A stretch of DNA of 64,000 nt from Verrucomicrobiales bacterium (GTDB lineage Bacteria; Verrucomicrobiota; Verrucomicrobiia; Limisphaerales; UBA9464): positions 665 through 64,664 of the forward strand of contig JAIXXC010000269.1 in assembly GCA_027490985.1 (NCBI GenBank), given 5' to 3'. The notes under the pieces are model-generated. The model did no database searches. It was not told where the DNA came from and saw nothing but the letters and a program-made list of their open reading frames with translations. Below, piece by piece: positions 41,044-49,399 of the stretch. The stretch's first letter is position 1. Every line of letters starts with the position of its first letter. The position numbers and the translations under genes are program-made.

Positions 41044-41526
41044 TCAGAACGGCACGTCGTCGTCGTCGGGGGGGCCGCCTTCGGCGTCGGCCGGAGCCGG
41101 GGCCGAGGGAGCCGGGCGATTGACCCGTCCGGGAACCGATCCGCCCGCAGGAGGCGCCATGGGGCCCGAACCCGCCGAACCGCCCCCTTCAGGACGCCCA
41201 CCGATGAAGGTGAAGCTCTCGAGGACCACCCCCAGACGGGAGCGCTTTTGACCGGTCTGCTTGTCGTCCCACTGATCGAGCTTGAGACGACCTTCGGCCA
41301 AGAGTCCGCCCCCCTTCCGGAGGTATTGGGAGATCACCTCGGCTTGTTTGCCGAATGCGTCGATATCGACGTAGGTGACCTCTTCGCGGGTCTGACCGTC
41401 TTCACCCGTCCACTTGCGATTCACCGCCATCGAGAGCTTGGCGATGGCCGTGCCCTTGGGGGTGTACCGCAGCTCGGGATCCCGGGTGAGGTTTCCGGCG
41501 AGGATGACCTTGTTGAAGCTGGCCAT
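41044..41526 (-). CDS. ssb: Single-stranded DNA-binding protein
   Basis: From ATG 41526: MASFNKVILAGNLTRDPELRYTPKGTAIAKLSMAVNRKW (OB fold), a Gly/Pro-rich linker, and the acidic tail DDDDVPF. Confidence 0.95.
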   Translation of the reverse strand: MASFNKVILAGNLTRDPELRYTPKGTAIAKLSMAVNRKWTGEDGQTREEVTYVDIDAFGKQAEVISQYLRKGGGLLAEGRLKLDQWDDKQTGQKRSRLGVVLESFTFIGGRPEGGGSAGSGPMAPPAGGSVPGRVNRPAPSAPAPADAEGGPPDDDDVPF

Positions 41527-41608
41527 GACGGGGTTGAGAACGAGGTTGGGGTGGAGGGTGGTGGCGCCCAGTCGGACTGGACCGAATCTGGGACGCCCCC
41601 GGGCCGGA

Positions 41609-41920
41609 TCAGGCCGCCTTGGCAGGCACCGGGGCCGGAGCCTCGGTGAACAGCACGCGGACCACATCGGACGCCAGCTTGAAGCGCGAACGCAGCTCGG
41701 CGATGGCCTTGCCCTGGGCTTCGAAAATGATGTTCACGAAGTGCCCGGCGCTCTCACCGCTGCGGGCGTTGCGGGCGAAGCTCTTCTTGTCGAGCTTTTG
41801 CACGGTCTCGATCTTGCCGCCCACAGAGGCGATCTCCGACGACAACTTGTCGACGACTTCCTTGATGCCCTCTTCTTTGCCGGAGAGATCGAGAATAAAC
41901 AGTCCTTCGTAGCGTTTCAT
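41609..41920 (-). CDS. rpsF: 30S ribosomal protein S6
   Basis: MKRYEGLFILDLSGKEEGIKEVVDKL... is the typical S6 pattern; 103 aa. Confidence 0.9.
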   Translation of the reverse strand: MKRYEGLFILDLSGKEEGIKEVVDKLSSEIASVGGKIETVQKLDKKSFARNARSGESAGHFVNIIFEAQGKAIAELRSRFKLASDVVRVLFTEAPAPVPAKAA

Positions 41921-42319
41921 GGTCTTTGAATAGGTTCTGATTCGATGATTGAAAATGGCTCCTTCGACCGAGCGATCTCCTCACGCGAAGTCTGGAATTC
42001 GAAACTCGAATTGCAAAACTCTCAATGCGAAAACATCGCCGAAGGCTCGTATTGTTATTTTTCTTCAATGAGCCGACCGGCTTCCGAGTCTATCGACTCC
42101 TGGACCGACCGCCTCCTACTCGTTTGCCGTCACCGCGTTGAACCCACCTGAGGCGGGTTCGATTGCTATTGTTTCAATTCAACTGTCGCTATCGTTTTGC
42201 CGCAGTCACCCCTGTCGTCCTCATCATTCAGCATTCCGCTGAATTCTGCCGGTTCCAGAGGTGATATCGGCTCTTCCACCCGGAAAATCCGACACCTGAG
42301 ATCGTGCGCCTCGCTCGGT

Positions 42320-42358
42320 CCTTGGAGTTACCCCCTGGAGTCGCCCCTGGAGTCCCCC
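42320..42358 (+). repeat. Tandem ~12-nt repeat x3
   Basis: ccttggagtta / ccccctggagtcg / cccctggagtcc, inside the long non-coding region. Confidence 0.75.
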
Positions 42359-42540
42359 TTTCAGGTCGACCCGGTCGATCGAGACTGCCGCTCTCTGTCT
42401 GTATTCTTCGCACCGAGGAATCGGGTTCTTTCAAGGATTCCGATTTTTTTCAGATCCCCGTTCGATCCCCCCATTCCGAATTCTGGAAAGGGTGTGGACT
42501 CGATCCCTCCCCGAGCGACGCTGGAATCACCCGAAATTTC

Positions 42541-42579
42541 TTCCGATCGGTTTCTTTCCGATCGGTTTTCCGATCGTCG
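42541..42579 (+). repeat. Tandem 12-15-nt repeat x3, each carrying the palindrome CCGATCGG
   Basis: ttCCGATCGGtttc / tttCCGATCGGtt / ttCCGATCGtcg. The palindromes lie at 42543-42550, 42558-42565 and 42570-42577 (the last is 7/8). Confidence 0.8.
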
Positions 42580-42630
42580 TTGATCTTCGTCGAGTTCGCT
42601 GATGCCGCGTCGATTCAGCCTGAGGGTTTG

Positions 42631-42668
42631 CCTTGGTTTTATTCCTTGGTTTTAATCCTCGGTTTTGA
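42631..42668 (+). repeat. Tandem ~13-nt repeat x3
   Basis: ccttggttttat / tccttggttttaa / tcctcggttttga. Confidence 0.75.
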
Positions 42669-42723
42669 GCCCCAGTGTTTGTCGATTCATCCGGAGTTCA
42701 TCTCGGATGAGTTCCGACTACGC

Positions 42724-42752
42724 CCAAAATCGGGGCCTCAAACCTGGTCCCC
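42724..42752 (-). terminator. Weak candidate intrinsic terminator after pth
   Basis: The minus strand reads GGGG(A)CC-aggtttga-GGCCCC followed by GATTTTGGG, starting 8 nt after the pth stop. The stem is only 6 bp with a bulge. Confidence 0.35.
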
Positions 42753-42759
42753 AAACCTG

Positions 42760-43341
42760 TCACCGACTCCGGTTGAACAGACTCATGGCCTTGGCCAAGG
42801 TTTCTTCGAGCCAGCACTGCAACTGCCGATCGGCCAGTTGCAGGACCTCGTTCAGCATCACCTGCTCGTCGGGAGTGAACACTCCCAACACATGCGATGC
42901 GATATCACGAACCTCCTGAACCGGACGCGCTACACCGATGCGCTGCCTCGGAAACTCCTGGGTCCCCAGATGCTGGATGACCGAAGCCAAGCCATTGTGC
43001 CCCCCCGTCCCACCGGATGGCTTCATGCGGACGGCTCCCAAAGGGAGATCCGCATCGTCAGCCACCACCATGATCTGATCAGGAGCGATCCGGTAGAATC
43101 GGCTCACCGCCGCCACCGCCTCGCCGCTCAGATTCATGTAGGTCTGGGGTTTCACGCAGACCACCTTGCGGCCGCCGCACTCACCCGTCGCCAATTCTGC
43201 AAAGAACTTCCGCTCCCTCCGCCAACCGGAACACCGGTTGGCGGCGAAGCGATCCACAACCATGGCACCCGCATTGTGTCGGGTGCCTCGATAGTCGTCT
43301 CCGGGGTTTCCGAGCCCCACGATCAAGACAGGCGGGGTCAT
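42760..43341 (-). CDS. pth: Peptidyl-tRNA hydrolase
   Basis: LIVGLGNPGDDYRGTRHNAG...GGHNGLASV are the canonical Pth motifs. Confidence 0.95.
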   Translation of the reverse strand: MTPPVLIVGLGNPGDDYRGTRHNAGAMVVDRFAANRCSGWRRERKFFAELATGECGGRKVVCVKPQTYMNLSGEAVAAVSRFYRIAPDQIMVVADDADLPLGAVRMKPSGGTGGHNGLASVIQHLGTQEFPRQRIGVARPVQEVRDIASHVLGVFTPDEQVMLNEVLQLADRQLQCWLEETLAKAMSLFNRSR

Positions 43342-43373
43342 GGGAACGGCCCTCGGGGGGACGACGCGTCAAC

Positions 43374-44048
43374 TCACTTCTTCTTGGCCGCAGCGGCCGG
43401 AGCAGCCTCTTCCTTCTTTTCCTTGATCATCTCGGGCTGCTTGGCTTCGGCTCCATCAGCAGCGGCCGGGGCGGCCTCGGCCTCGGTCACCGGCGCCGAC
43501 ACGGCAAACACGCGGAGGTGCTTGTCGCCCAGGATGGTCACACCGGCCGGGGCCTGGATCTGACCGATCTGGATCGCCTGACCCACCGCGAGGGCGGACA
43601 CGTCGACCACGATCTGCTCGGGCAGATCCTTGGGCAGCGCGGTCACGCGAACCTTCTGGAGCACGTGCTCGAGGGTTCCACCGCCGCTCTTCACGCCTTC
43701 GGCCTCGCCGGTCGCCTCGACCGGGATGCGGATGGTGATCAGCTCGTCGGACTTGACCTCGTGGAAATCGACGTGGAGCACCTCGCCGGTCAGCGGGTGA
43801 TGCTGCACATCCTGCACCAGCGCCAAGCGGGCGTTGGCGTCACCGGAGACCTCGAGGTCCACCAGCACGATCTCGGAGTGGGCCGAGTGGATGAGTTCGA
43901 TGAACGCCTCGGAATCGACTTCGAGATTCTGGGGAGCGATGGACTTGCCGTAGATGTTGGCGGGGATGCGTCCGGCGGAGCGGAGCGCCTTGGAACCCTT
44001 GCGCCGCGTCTGGGTGCGAGGGGCCACTTTCAGCTTCAATGATTTCAT
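43374..44048 (-). CDS. rplY: 50S ribosomal protein L25 / general stress protein Ctc
   Basis: From ATG 44048: MKSLKLKVAPRTQTRRKGSKALRSAGRIPANIYGK..., with a C-terminal Ala/Glu/Lys-rich tail. The track ORF is over-extended to 44216. Confidence 0.9.
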   Translation of the reverse strand: MKSLKLKVAPRTQTRRKGSKALRSAGRIPANIYGKSIAPQNLEVDSEAFIELIHSAHSEIVLVDLEVSGDANARLALVQDVQHHPLTGEVLHVDFHEVKSDELITIRIPVEATGEAEGVKSGGGTLEHVLQKVRVTALPKDLPEQIVVDVSALAVGQAIQIGQIQAPAGVTILGDKHLRVFAVSAPVTEAEAAPAAADGAEAKQPEMIKEKKEEAAPAAAAKKK

Positions 44049-44088
44049 GATCTTGGTCGTATCTGCCGGGCCGCACTTGCAAGCGACC

Positions 44089-45048
44089 TCAGCCCTTAAA
44101 CTCAAATAGGGAGGTGACCGAGGAATTCGTGTAAATCCGCTTGATCGCCTCTCCCAGCAAACCGGCCACCGAAAGGGTCGTGATGTTGACTCCCTCGATC
44201 GACGGGCGGAGGACACTATCGGTGGTGATCAGTTCGTCAATCTCCGATTTCCGCAGACGCTCGATTCCGAGCTCGTTGATCAGCGCATGGGACACGCAGG
44301 CCTGGATGCGGCGGGCCCCGCGCTGCTTGAGCAACGAAGCGGCATTGACCAGTGTGCCGGCCGTCTCGGTGAGATCGTCGACCAGAAGGACGTTTTTGCC
44401 CTCGATGTCGCCGATGACCGAGATGGCCTCGGTTTCGGTGGGGCTCTTCCGGCGCTTGGCGACGATGGCCAACTCGGCTCCCAGGGTCTGGGAGTAGGCG
44501 GCCGCCATCTTCAGTCCGCCCAGATCCGGGCTCACCACGACCAGATTGGCGGTCTGCTGGCGCGAGATGTACTCCAGCAGCACGGGGGCCGCGTAGAGGT
44601 GATCCACCGGGATGTCGAAGAATCCTTGGATCTGCTGGGCATGCAAGTCCATCGTCAACACCCGGTTGGCCCCCGCGGCCACGAGCAGATTGGCCACCAA
44701 TTTGGCGGTGATGGGCACCCGGGGCTGGTCTTTGCGGTCTTGACGAGCGTAGCCGTAGAACGGCAGCACGGCGGTGATCCGCGAGGCGCTCGCCCGGCGC
44801 AACGCATCGATCATGATGAACATCTCCATCAGATGCTGGTTGGCGGGCGGGCTGGTGGACTGGATGACGAAGACGTCGGTTCCGCGGACGTTCTCGTCGA
44901 TCTTGACGAAGGTCTCGCCGTTCGGGAACGGCTTCACCGTGGAGCACCCCAAGGGGATTCCGATGGAATCGCAGATCGCCTTGGCCAGACTGGGATTGGA
45001 ATTACCGGTGAAGACTTTCACAGTGTTGTCAGACAGGGCCTGCTTCAA
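44089..45048 (-). CDS. prs: Ribose-phosphate pyrophosphokinase
   Basis: VKVFTGNSNPSLAKAI..., LPFYGYARQDRK, and the PRPP-binding loop VLLVDDLTETAGTL. TTG start as given in the track. Confidence 0.95.
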   Translation of the reverse strand: MKQALSDNTVKVFTGNSNPSLAKAICDSIGIPLGCSTVKPFPNGETFVKIDENVRGTDVFVIQSTSPPANQHLMEMFIMIDALRRASASRITAVLPFYGYARQDRKDQPRVPITAKLVANLLVAAGANRVLTMDLHAQQIQGFFDIPVDHLYAAPVLLEYISRQQTANLVVVSPDLGGLKMAAAYSQTLGAELAIVAKRRKSPTETEAISVIGDIEGKNVLLVDDLTETAGTLVNAASLLKQRGARRIQACVSHALINELGIERLRKSEIDELITTDSVLRPSIEGVNITTLSVAGLLGEAIKRIYTNSSVTSLFEFKG

Positions 45049-45140
45049 CCGCTACCGACGGTTGTTTGGGCAAGGCGAGGCTCACGGAGTCGGAGTCCCC
45101 ACCGCAAGTGCATTTTCAACCCGTGGATTTTCAACCCTCA

Positions 45141-45180
45141 TCGGGATGGGTTCGGGATGGGTTCGGGATGGGTTTGGGAT
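45141..45180 (+). repeat. Tandem 11-nt repeat, ~3.5 copies (C-rich on the minus-sense transcript 3' of ispA)
   Basis: tcgggatgggt x3, then ttgggat. It is preceded by a duplicated attttcaaccc (45112-45137). Confidence 0.85.
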
Positions 45181-45207
45181 CGCCAGTGGCCTCTCGGCCC
45201 CACCGCT

Positions 45208-46098
45208 TCAGGATTGGCGCTTGAGCAGGTAATCGGAAATGGCCTCCAGAGCGACCGCCTTGCCCCGGAACGGTTTGAGAGCGGCCTCGGCCTTGGCGGT
45301 CAACTCCGCGGCGATGACCTTCGATTTCTCCAGCCCCACGATCGAGGGATAGGTCGCTTTCTGGGCTTTCACATCCTTGCCGGCGGTCTTGCCCAACTGC
45401 TCTGAGGTCTGGGTGACATCCAGGATGTCGTCGATCACCTGGAAGGCCAAGCCGACATGATAGCCGAAATCGGTCAACGCCTCCAACTGGGCGGGGGTGC
45501 AGTTGGCACTCATGCCCCCCAGGCGGACCGAGCAGGCCAGCAGGGCGCTGGTCTTGCGCTCATGGATGTACCGGAGCTGGGCCCGCGAGATCTTTTTGCC
45601 TTCGCCCTCCAGGTCGGCCACCTGCCCGGCGATGAGTTGCAGCGATCCCGAAGCCTTGGCGATTTCCATCACGACGTCGCTCGGGCTGTACCGCTTCCAT
45701 CCGGGGCAGGACGCGGCGATTTCGAAGGCCTGGGTGAGCAAGGCGTCACCGGCCAGGATCGCGATACCCTCTCCGAAGACCTTGTGATTGGTGGGTTTGC
45801 CGCGACGCAGATCGTCGTTGTCCATGCCGGGAAGGTCGTCATGGATCAGGGAGTAGGTGTGGATGCACTCCACCGCGCAGGCCAGAGGCATGGCCGCCGC
45901 GTGTGATCCGCCACAGGCCTCGGCGGCGGCCAGCACCAGCGCGGGACGCATGCGCTTGCCTCCGGCGAAGAGCGAGTACCGCATGGCCTTGTGGATCGTG
46001 GCCGGCTTGGCGCTGGCCTTGGGCAGGAATCGGTCCAGGGCCTTGTCGACCTCTCGGGTTTGCGTGGTGATCCAGGAAGCGAGGTCGAAGTGGGACAT
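45208..46098 (-). CDS. ispA: Polyprenyl (farnesyl/geranylgeranyl) diphosphate synthase
   Basis: First Asp-rich motif LIHDDLPGMDNDDLRRGKPT and second motif FQVIDDILD. Confidence 0.9.
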   Translation of the reverse strand: MSHFDLASWITTQTREVDKALDRFLPKASAKPATIHKAMRYSLFAGGKRMRPALVLAAAEACGGSHAAAMPLACAVECIHTYSLIHDDLPGMDNDDLRRGKPTNHKVFGEGIAILAGDALLTQAFEIAASCPGWKRYSPSDVVMEIAKASGSLQLIAGQVADLEGEGKKISRAQLRYIHERKTSALLACSVRLGGMSANCTPAQLEALTDFGYHVGLAFQVIDDILDVTQTSEQLGKTAGKDVKAQKATYPSIVGLEKSKVIAAELTAKAEAALKPFRGKAVALEAISDYLLKRQS

Positions 46099-46239
46099 CG
46101 GTCCCGATCTAGTAACGCGCCGGCGACCGGGCTTTCAAGGCGGGATTGGCCCAACCCATGACCCCACCCGTCACCTGGAATTGACCTCATCCCGATTTGA
46201 CGCGCCGTGACCAGCCCCCGAATCTGGGGGCTCGCCCCG

Positions 46240-46806
46240 ATGTCGAGCACGACTGAAACAGCTTCCCGCGCCGCGCGCTTCTGGCAGCGCCTTGCCACCC
46301 CGGAATATCCGGATCTGGGTCCCGGCCCCAGGCAAGGCACCCTGCCCGAGGTGTCTCTTGAAATCCAACTGCTCGCGCTGACTCGCGACTGGAATCTCCC
46401 GGCTTCCAACAGCGCCCTGGTCACGGCCACGGCCCTCTTGTACCACGACCACCACGACCCGGCGCACAATCATGTCCAAGACCGTGGTGACACCGACGGA
46501 TGCCTGATCCACGCGCTGTTGCACCGGCGCGAGCCCGATTACTGGAACGCAGCCTACTGGTTCCGTCGGGTTTCCGGTCACCCCATCTACCGCGCCCTGA
46601 CTCCGGCGGCGATCCAAGCGGCCCGGACCCCCGAGACCCGTGAGGTGCTGCAGCGACTGACTCTCTCCGGCAATGTCGATCCGATGGCCCTGGTCCAGGA
46701 GTGTGAACGGGTGGCCGCCCGTCCCGCCACCGATCCGGCCGTCGCCTACTTGCGACACATCCAACACCTCGAATTCGCCGCCTTGATCGAGCACCTGCTC
46801 GCCTGA
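46240..46806 (+). CDS. Conserved-looking hypothetical protein with His cluster
   Basis: ORF 46207 (GTG) / 46240 (ATG) to 46806. LLYHDHHDPAHNHVQD...LIHALLHRREPDYWNAAYWFRRV. I recognise no family. Coding is judged from codon-like periodicity and the absence of a competing gene. Confidence 0.5.
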   Translation: MSSTTETASRAARFWQRLATPEYPDLGPGPRQGTLPEVSLEIQLLALTRDWNLPASNSALVTATALLYHDHHDPAHNHVQDRGDTDGCLIHALLHRREPDYWNAAYWFRRVSGHPIYRALTPAAIQAARTPETREVLQRLTLSGNVDPMALVQECERVAARPATDPAVAYLRHIQHLEFAALIEHLLA

Positions 46807-46965
46807 TCCGGACAACGCTCCCCCCAGGCCCAAGCCCCAAGCCCCGATCATCAACGGCCTTGGCCCCGGCACTGCGGACCGGGACACGAGGGTGCTGGAG
46901 CGCCGTTCGAAACGACTCAGTTGGCCACGGACCCCGTTCCAGCCTAGCGTCTGCGGCCCGGAATC

Positions 46966-47925
46966 ATGATGTCCCTCAGCGATGTTCTGTCAGCGGTGCT
47001 CCCCGTGTTCTGCCTCGCCCTCGTCGGCATCGGCTTGCGCCGGGTGCGGTGGCTGACCGAAGAGGCCGACGCCACCCTGCTGCGGTTGGTGGTCAATGTG
47101 CTGACCCCGTGCCTGATCTTCGACAAGGTGTTGGGCAACCAGGCCCTCCAGCGGGCCGAGAACCTGATCATCCCTCCGTTGATGGGTTTCGGAGGCATCG
47201 TGCTGGGCATCGGCCTCTGCTGGCTCTTCCGACGACGGGTCGGGCTGAAGACCGATCCCGAGCAGCGCACCTTCGCCCTCGTCTCGGGTCTCCAGAACTA
47301 CGGGTATGTCCCCTTCCCGCTGGTGCTGATCCTGTTCGCAAACCATCCCGACACTCCCGGCGTGTTGTTCGTCCACAACCTCGGTGTCGACATCGCCATG
47401 TGGACCCTGGGGTTGATGACCCTCGGACATGCGACCGGACCCGGTGAATGGCGCAAGCTGATCAACGCCCCGCTTGTGGCGATCGTCTTCTCGCTGCTGC
47501 TCAACGCCTGCGGCGCCGCTGGCTGGGTGCCCCGCCCCATCGGGATCACCGCCTCCATGCTGGGCGCCTGCGCCTTTCCGCTGGGCATCATGTTGACCGG
47601 AGCGATGGTCGCCGACCAGATGCGCCAACTGCATCCCGCCCGGGCGGCCGGAGTCCTCTTCTGGTCGGCCCTGTTCCGTCTGGGAATCATCCCCGCTCTG
47701 ATGCTGGGACTCGTGCGCTGGCTGCCCTGCTCCGTGGAGGTCAAACGGGTGATCGTGGTCCAGGCCGCTATGCCGGCCGGGGTCTTCCCCATCGTCCTGT
47801 CGCGATTGTATGGGGGCGACCCGGCCACGGCCGTACGCATCGTGGCGGGAACCACCATCCTGAGCCTCGTGACCATTCCTCTGTGGATCCGCTGGGGGAT
47901 GGCCTGGCTCCAACTGGCTCCCTGA
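46966..47925 (+). CDS. AEC (auxin efflux carrier) family transporter
   Basis: 319 aa with ~10 TM segments. N-terminus MMSLSDVLSAVLPVFCLALVGIGLRRVRWL and the typical AEC two-halves architecture. Confidence 0.8.
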   Translation: MMSLSDVLSAVLPVFCLALVGIGLRRVRWLTEEADATLLRLVVNVLTPCLIFDKVLGNQALQRAENLIIPPLMGFGGIVLGIGLCWLFRRRVGLKTDPEQRTFALVSGLQNYGYVPFPLVLILFANHPDTPGVLFVHNLGVDIAMWTLGLMTLGHATGPGEWRKLINAPLVAIVFSLLLNACGAAGWVPRPIGITASMLGACAFPLGIMLTGAMVADQMRQLHPARAAGVLFWSALFRLGIIPALMLGLVRWLPCSVEVKRVIVVQAAMPAGVFPIVLSRLYGGDPATAVRIVAGTTILSLVTIPLWIRWGMAWLQLAP

Positions 47926-48041
47926 GGCCGGCTCGACGAACCCGGCACCGCATCCGACCCCAGACCACCACCGCACGCCAGAATCGATCCCGGCTTACCG
48001 GTTGCGGTTGTGGCTCCCCGGACTCAGGTTCCTGACAACCG

Positions 48042-49316
48042 ATGTACGGACTTTCAGAACTCCCCGGTGGCCTCCGAGTCGTCACGGCCACCATGCCCCA
48101 CCTGGCCAGCGTCGCGGTGGGCCTCTGGGTCAACACCGGTGGCCGTCATGAATCGGCCCGCGAGAACGGGGCCGCCCACTTCATCGAGCACATGCTCTTC
48201 AAGGGGACCCGCCGGCGTTCGGCGGCCCGCATCTCCCAGGATGTCGAAGGCATCGGCGGGTACCTCAACGCATTCACCGACGAAGAACACACCTGCTTCT
48301 ACAGCCGGGCCGTCGCGTCCCGGTTGCCCGAGTTGCTCGACGTGCTCTTCGACATGTTCCTCGATTCGCGGTTCGCCCCGACCGAGATCGCCAAGGAGCG
48401 GGACGTCATCCTCGAAGAACAAGCCATGTACCGGGACCAACCCGCTGAGCTGGTCCACGATCTCCTCAATCAGGCACAGTTCCCGCGACACCCGCTCGGA
48501 CGGCCCGTGATCGGCTCGGCCCGCTCGGTTCGGGGACTCCAGCGCAAGGATCTGCTCGGGTTCCTCGAACGCCGATATGTCACGGGATCCACGGTCATCG
48601 CCGCCGCCGGCAATCTGAGCCACGAGGCGCTGGTGAAGCAGGTCCAACCGTGGCTTCGGCGATTCCGACACGGCGCCCACCCGATCGCCGAACCCGCTCC
48701 GGCTATCCCGGACAAACCGCGCTGCCTGCTGCATTCCAAGAAGACCGAGCAGACCCACATCGCACTCGGATTCCGGACGGCCTCACGGCAGGACGAGCGT
48801 CGCTTCGCGCTGCGGCTGCTCAACGTCCTGTTGGGGGAGAACATGAGCTCCCGACTCTTCCAAACGATCCGCGAAGAACATGGTCTGGCCTACAACATCC
48901 AGAGCACCGGAACGGCCTGGAGCGACTGCGGCGACCTGGTGATCTCCGCCGGGCTCGACGACGCCCAACTCGAAAAGACCCTGAAACTCGTCTTCAAGGA
49001 GGTCCAACGCCTCGTCGAACGGGCTCCCGGAAAGGCGGAACTGTCGCGGGCCCGCGACTATGCACTGGGGCAGTCCGACCTGTCGCTGGAGGGATCGGAG
49101 CCGATGATGATGTGGCTTGGCGAGCAGGTCCTGGGATTCGGCCGGGTGGTCCCGCCCGAGGAGACACGGGCCCGGATCGCCGCCGTGCAACCGTCCGACA
49201 TCAGCCGGGTGGCGAGAGATTTCCTGAAGCCTTCCGGACTGTCGTTGGCCCTGGTAAGCCCTCGCACCTCGGACCGCGGTCTACCCGAGTTGCTCGCATC
49301 CTGGAGTCGCCGCTGA
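48042..49316 (+). CDS. M16 family (pitrilysin/insulinase-like) zinc peptidase
   Basis: Inverted zinc motif HFIEH (GAAHFIEHMLFKGT) with a downstream Glu region. Confidence 0.9.
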   Translation: MYGLSELPGGLRVVTATMPHLASVAVGLWVNTGGRHESARENGAAHFIEHMLFKGTRRRSAARISQDVEGIGGYLNAFTDEEHTCFYSRAVASRLPELLDVLFDMFLDSRFAPTEIAKERDVILEEQAMYRDQPAELVHDLLNQAQFPRHPLGRPVIGSARSVRGLQRKDLLGFLERRYVTGSTVIAAAGNLSHEALVKQVQPWLRRFRHGAHPIAEPAPAIPDKPRCLLHSKKTEQTHIALGFRTASRQDERRFALRLLNVLLGENMSSRLFQTIREEHGLAYNIQSTGTAWSDCGDLVISAGLDDAQLEKTLKLVFKEVQRLVERAPGKAELSRARDYALGQSDLSLEGSEPMMMWLGEQVLGFGRVVPPEETRARIAAVQPSDISRVARDFLKPSGLSLALVSPRTSDRGLPELLASWSRR

Positions 49317-49399
49317 CCGCACCTCGGAGCTCCCCAATCCGGGGAGCACTCCGTGAGGCCGCCACCCACCGCGCCGGTCGATCGACGCCCCCGGTCGAA

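Noticed and set aside
42138-42165. tRNA-like T-arm sequence (GGGTTCGATTG) in the long non-coding region
   Set aside because: The flanking bases do not form a 5-bp T stem closed by an acceptor stem, and no complementary 5' acceptor strand or anticodon arm is found ~60-70 nt upstream. It is better described as a simple 8-bp hairpin.
42197-42583. 128-aa + strand ORF (and the 68-aa - strand ORF 42228-42434) inside the pth-rpsF non-coding island
   Set aside because: The translations are Ser/Pro/Arg-rich and are driven by the tandem DNA repeats. There is no start context, no signal or TM pattern, and no recognisable domain, so the region is treated as non-coding.
40247-45180. Short tandem repeats considered as a possible CRISPR array or minisatellite mobile element
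   Set aside because: The units are 11-21 nt, directly abutting with no spacers, and present in only 2-4 copies. No cas genes, leader or transposase are nearby, so this is not a CRISPR array or an IS element.
49329-49347. 7-bp GC hairpin (GCTCCCC-aatcc-GGGGAGC) between the M16 peptidase and TolC genes as a bidirectional terminator
   Set aside because: There is no U-tract on either strand. The hairpin alone is insufficient to call an intrinsic terminator.
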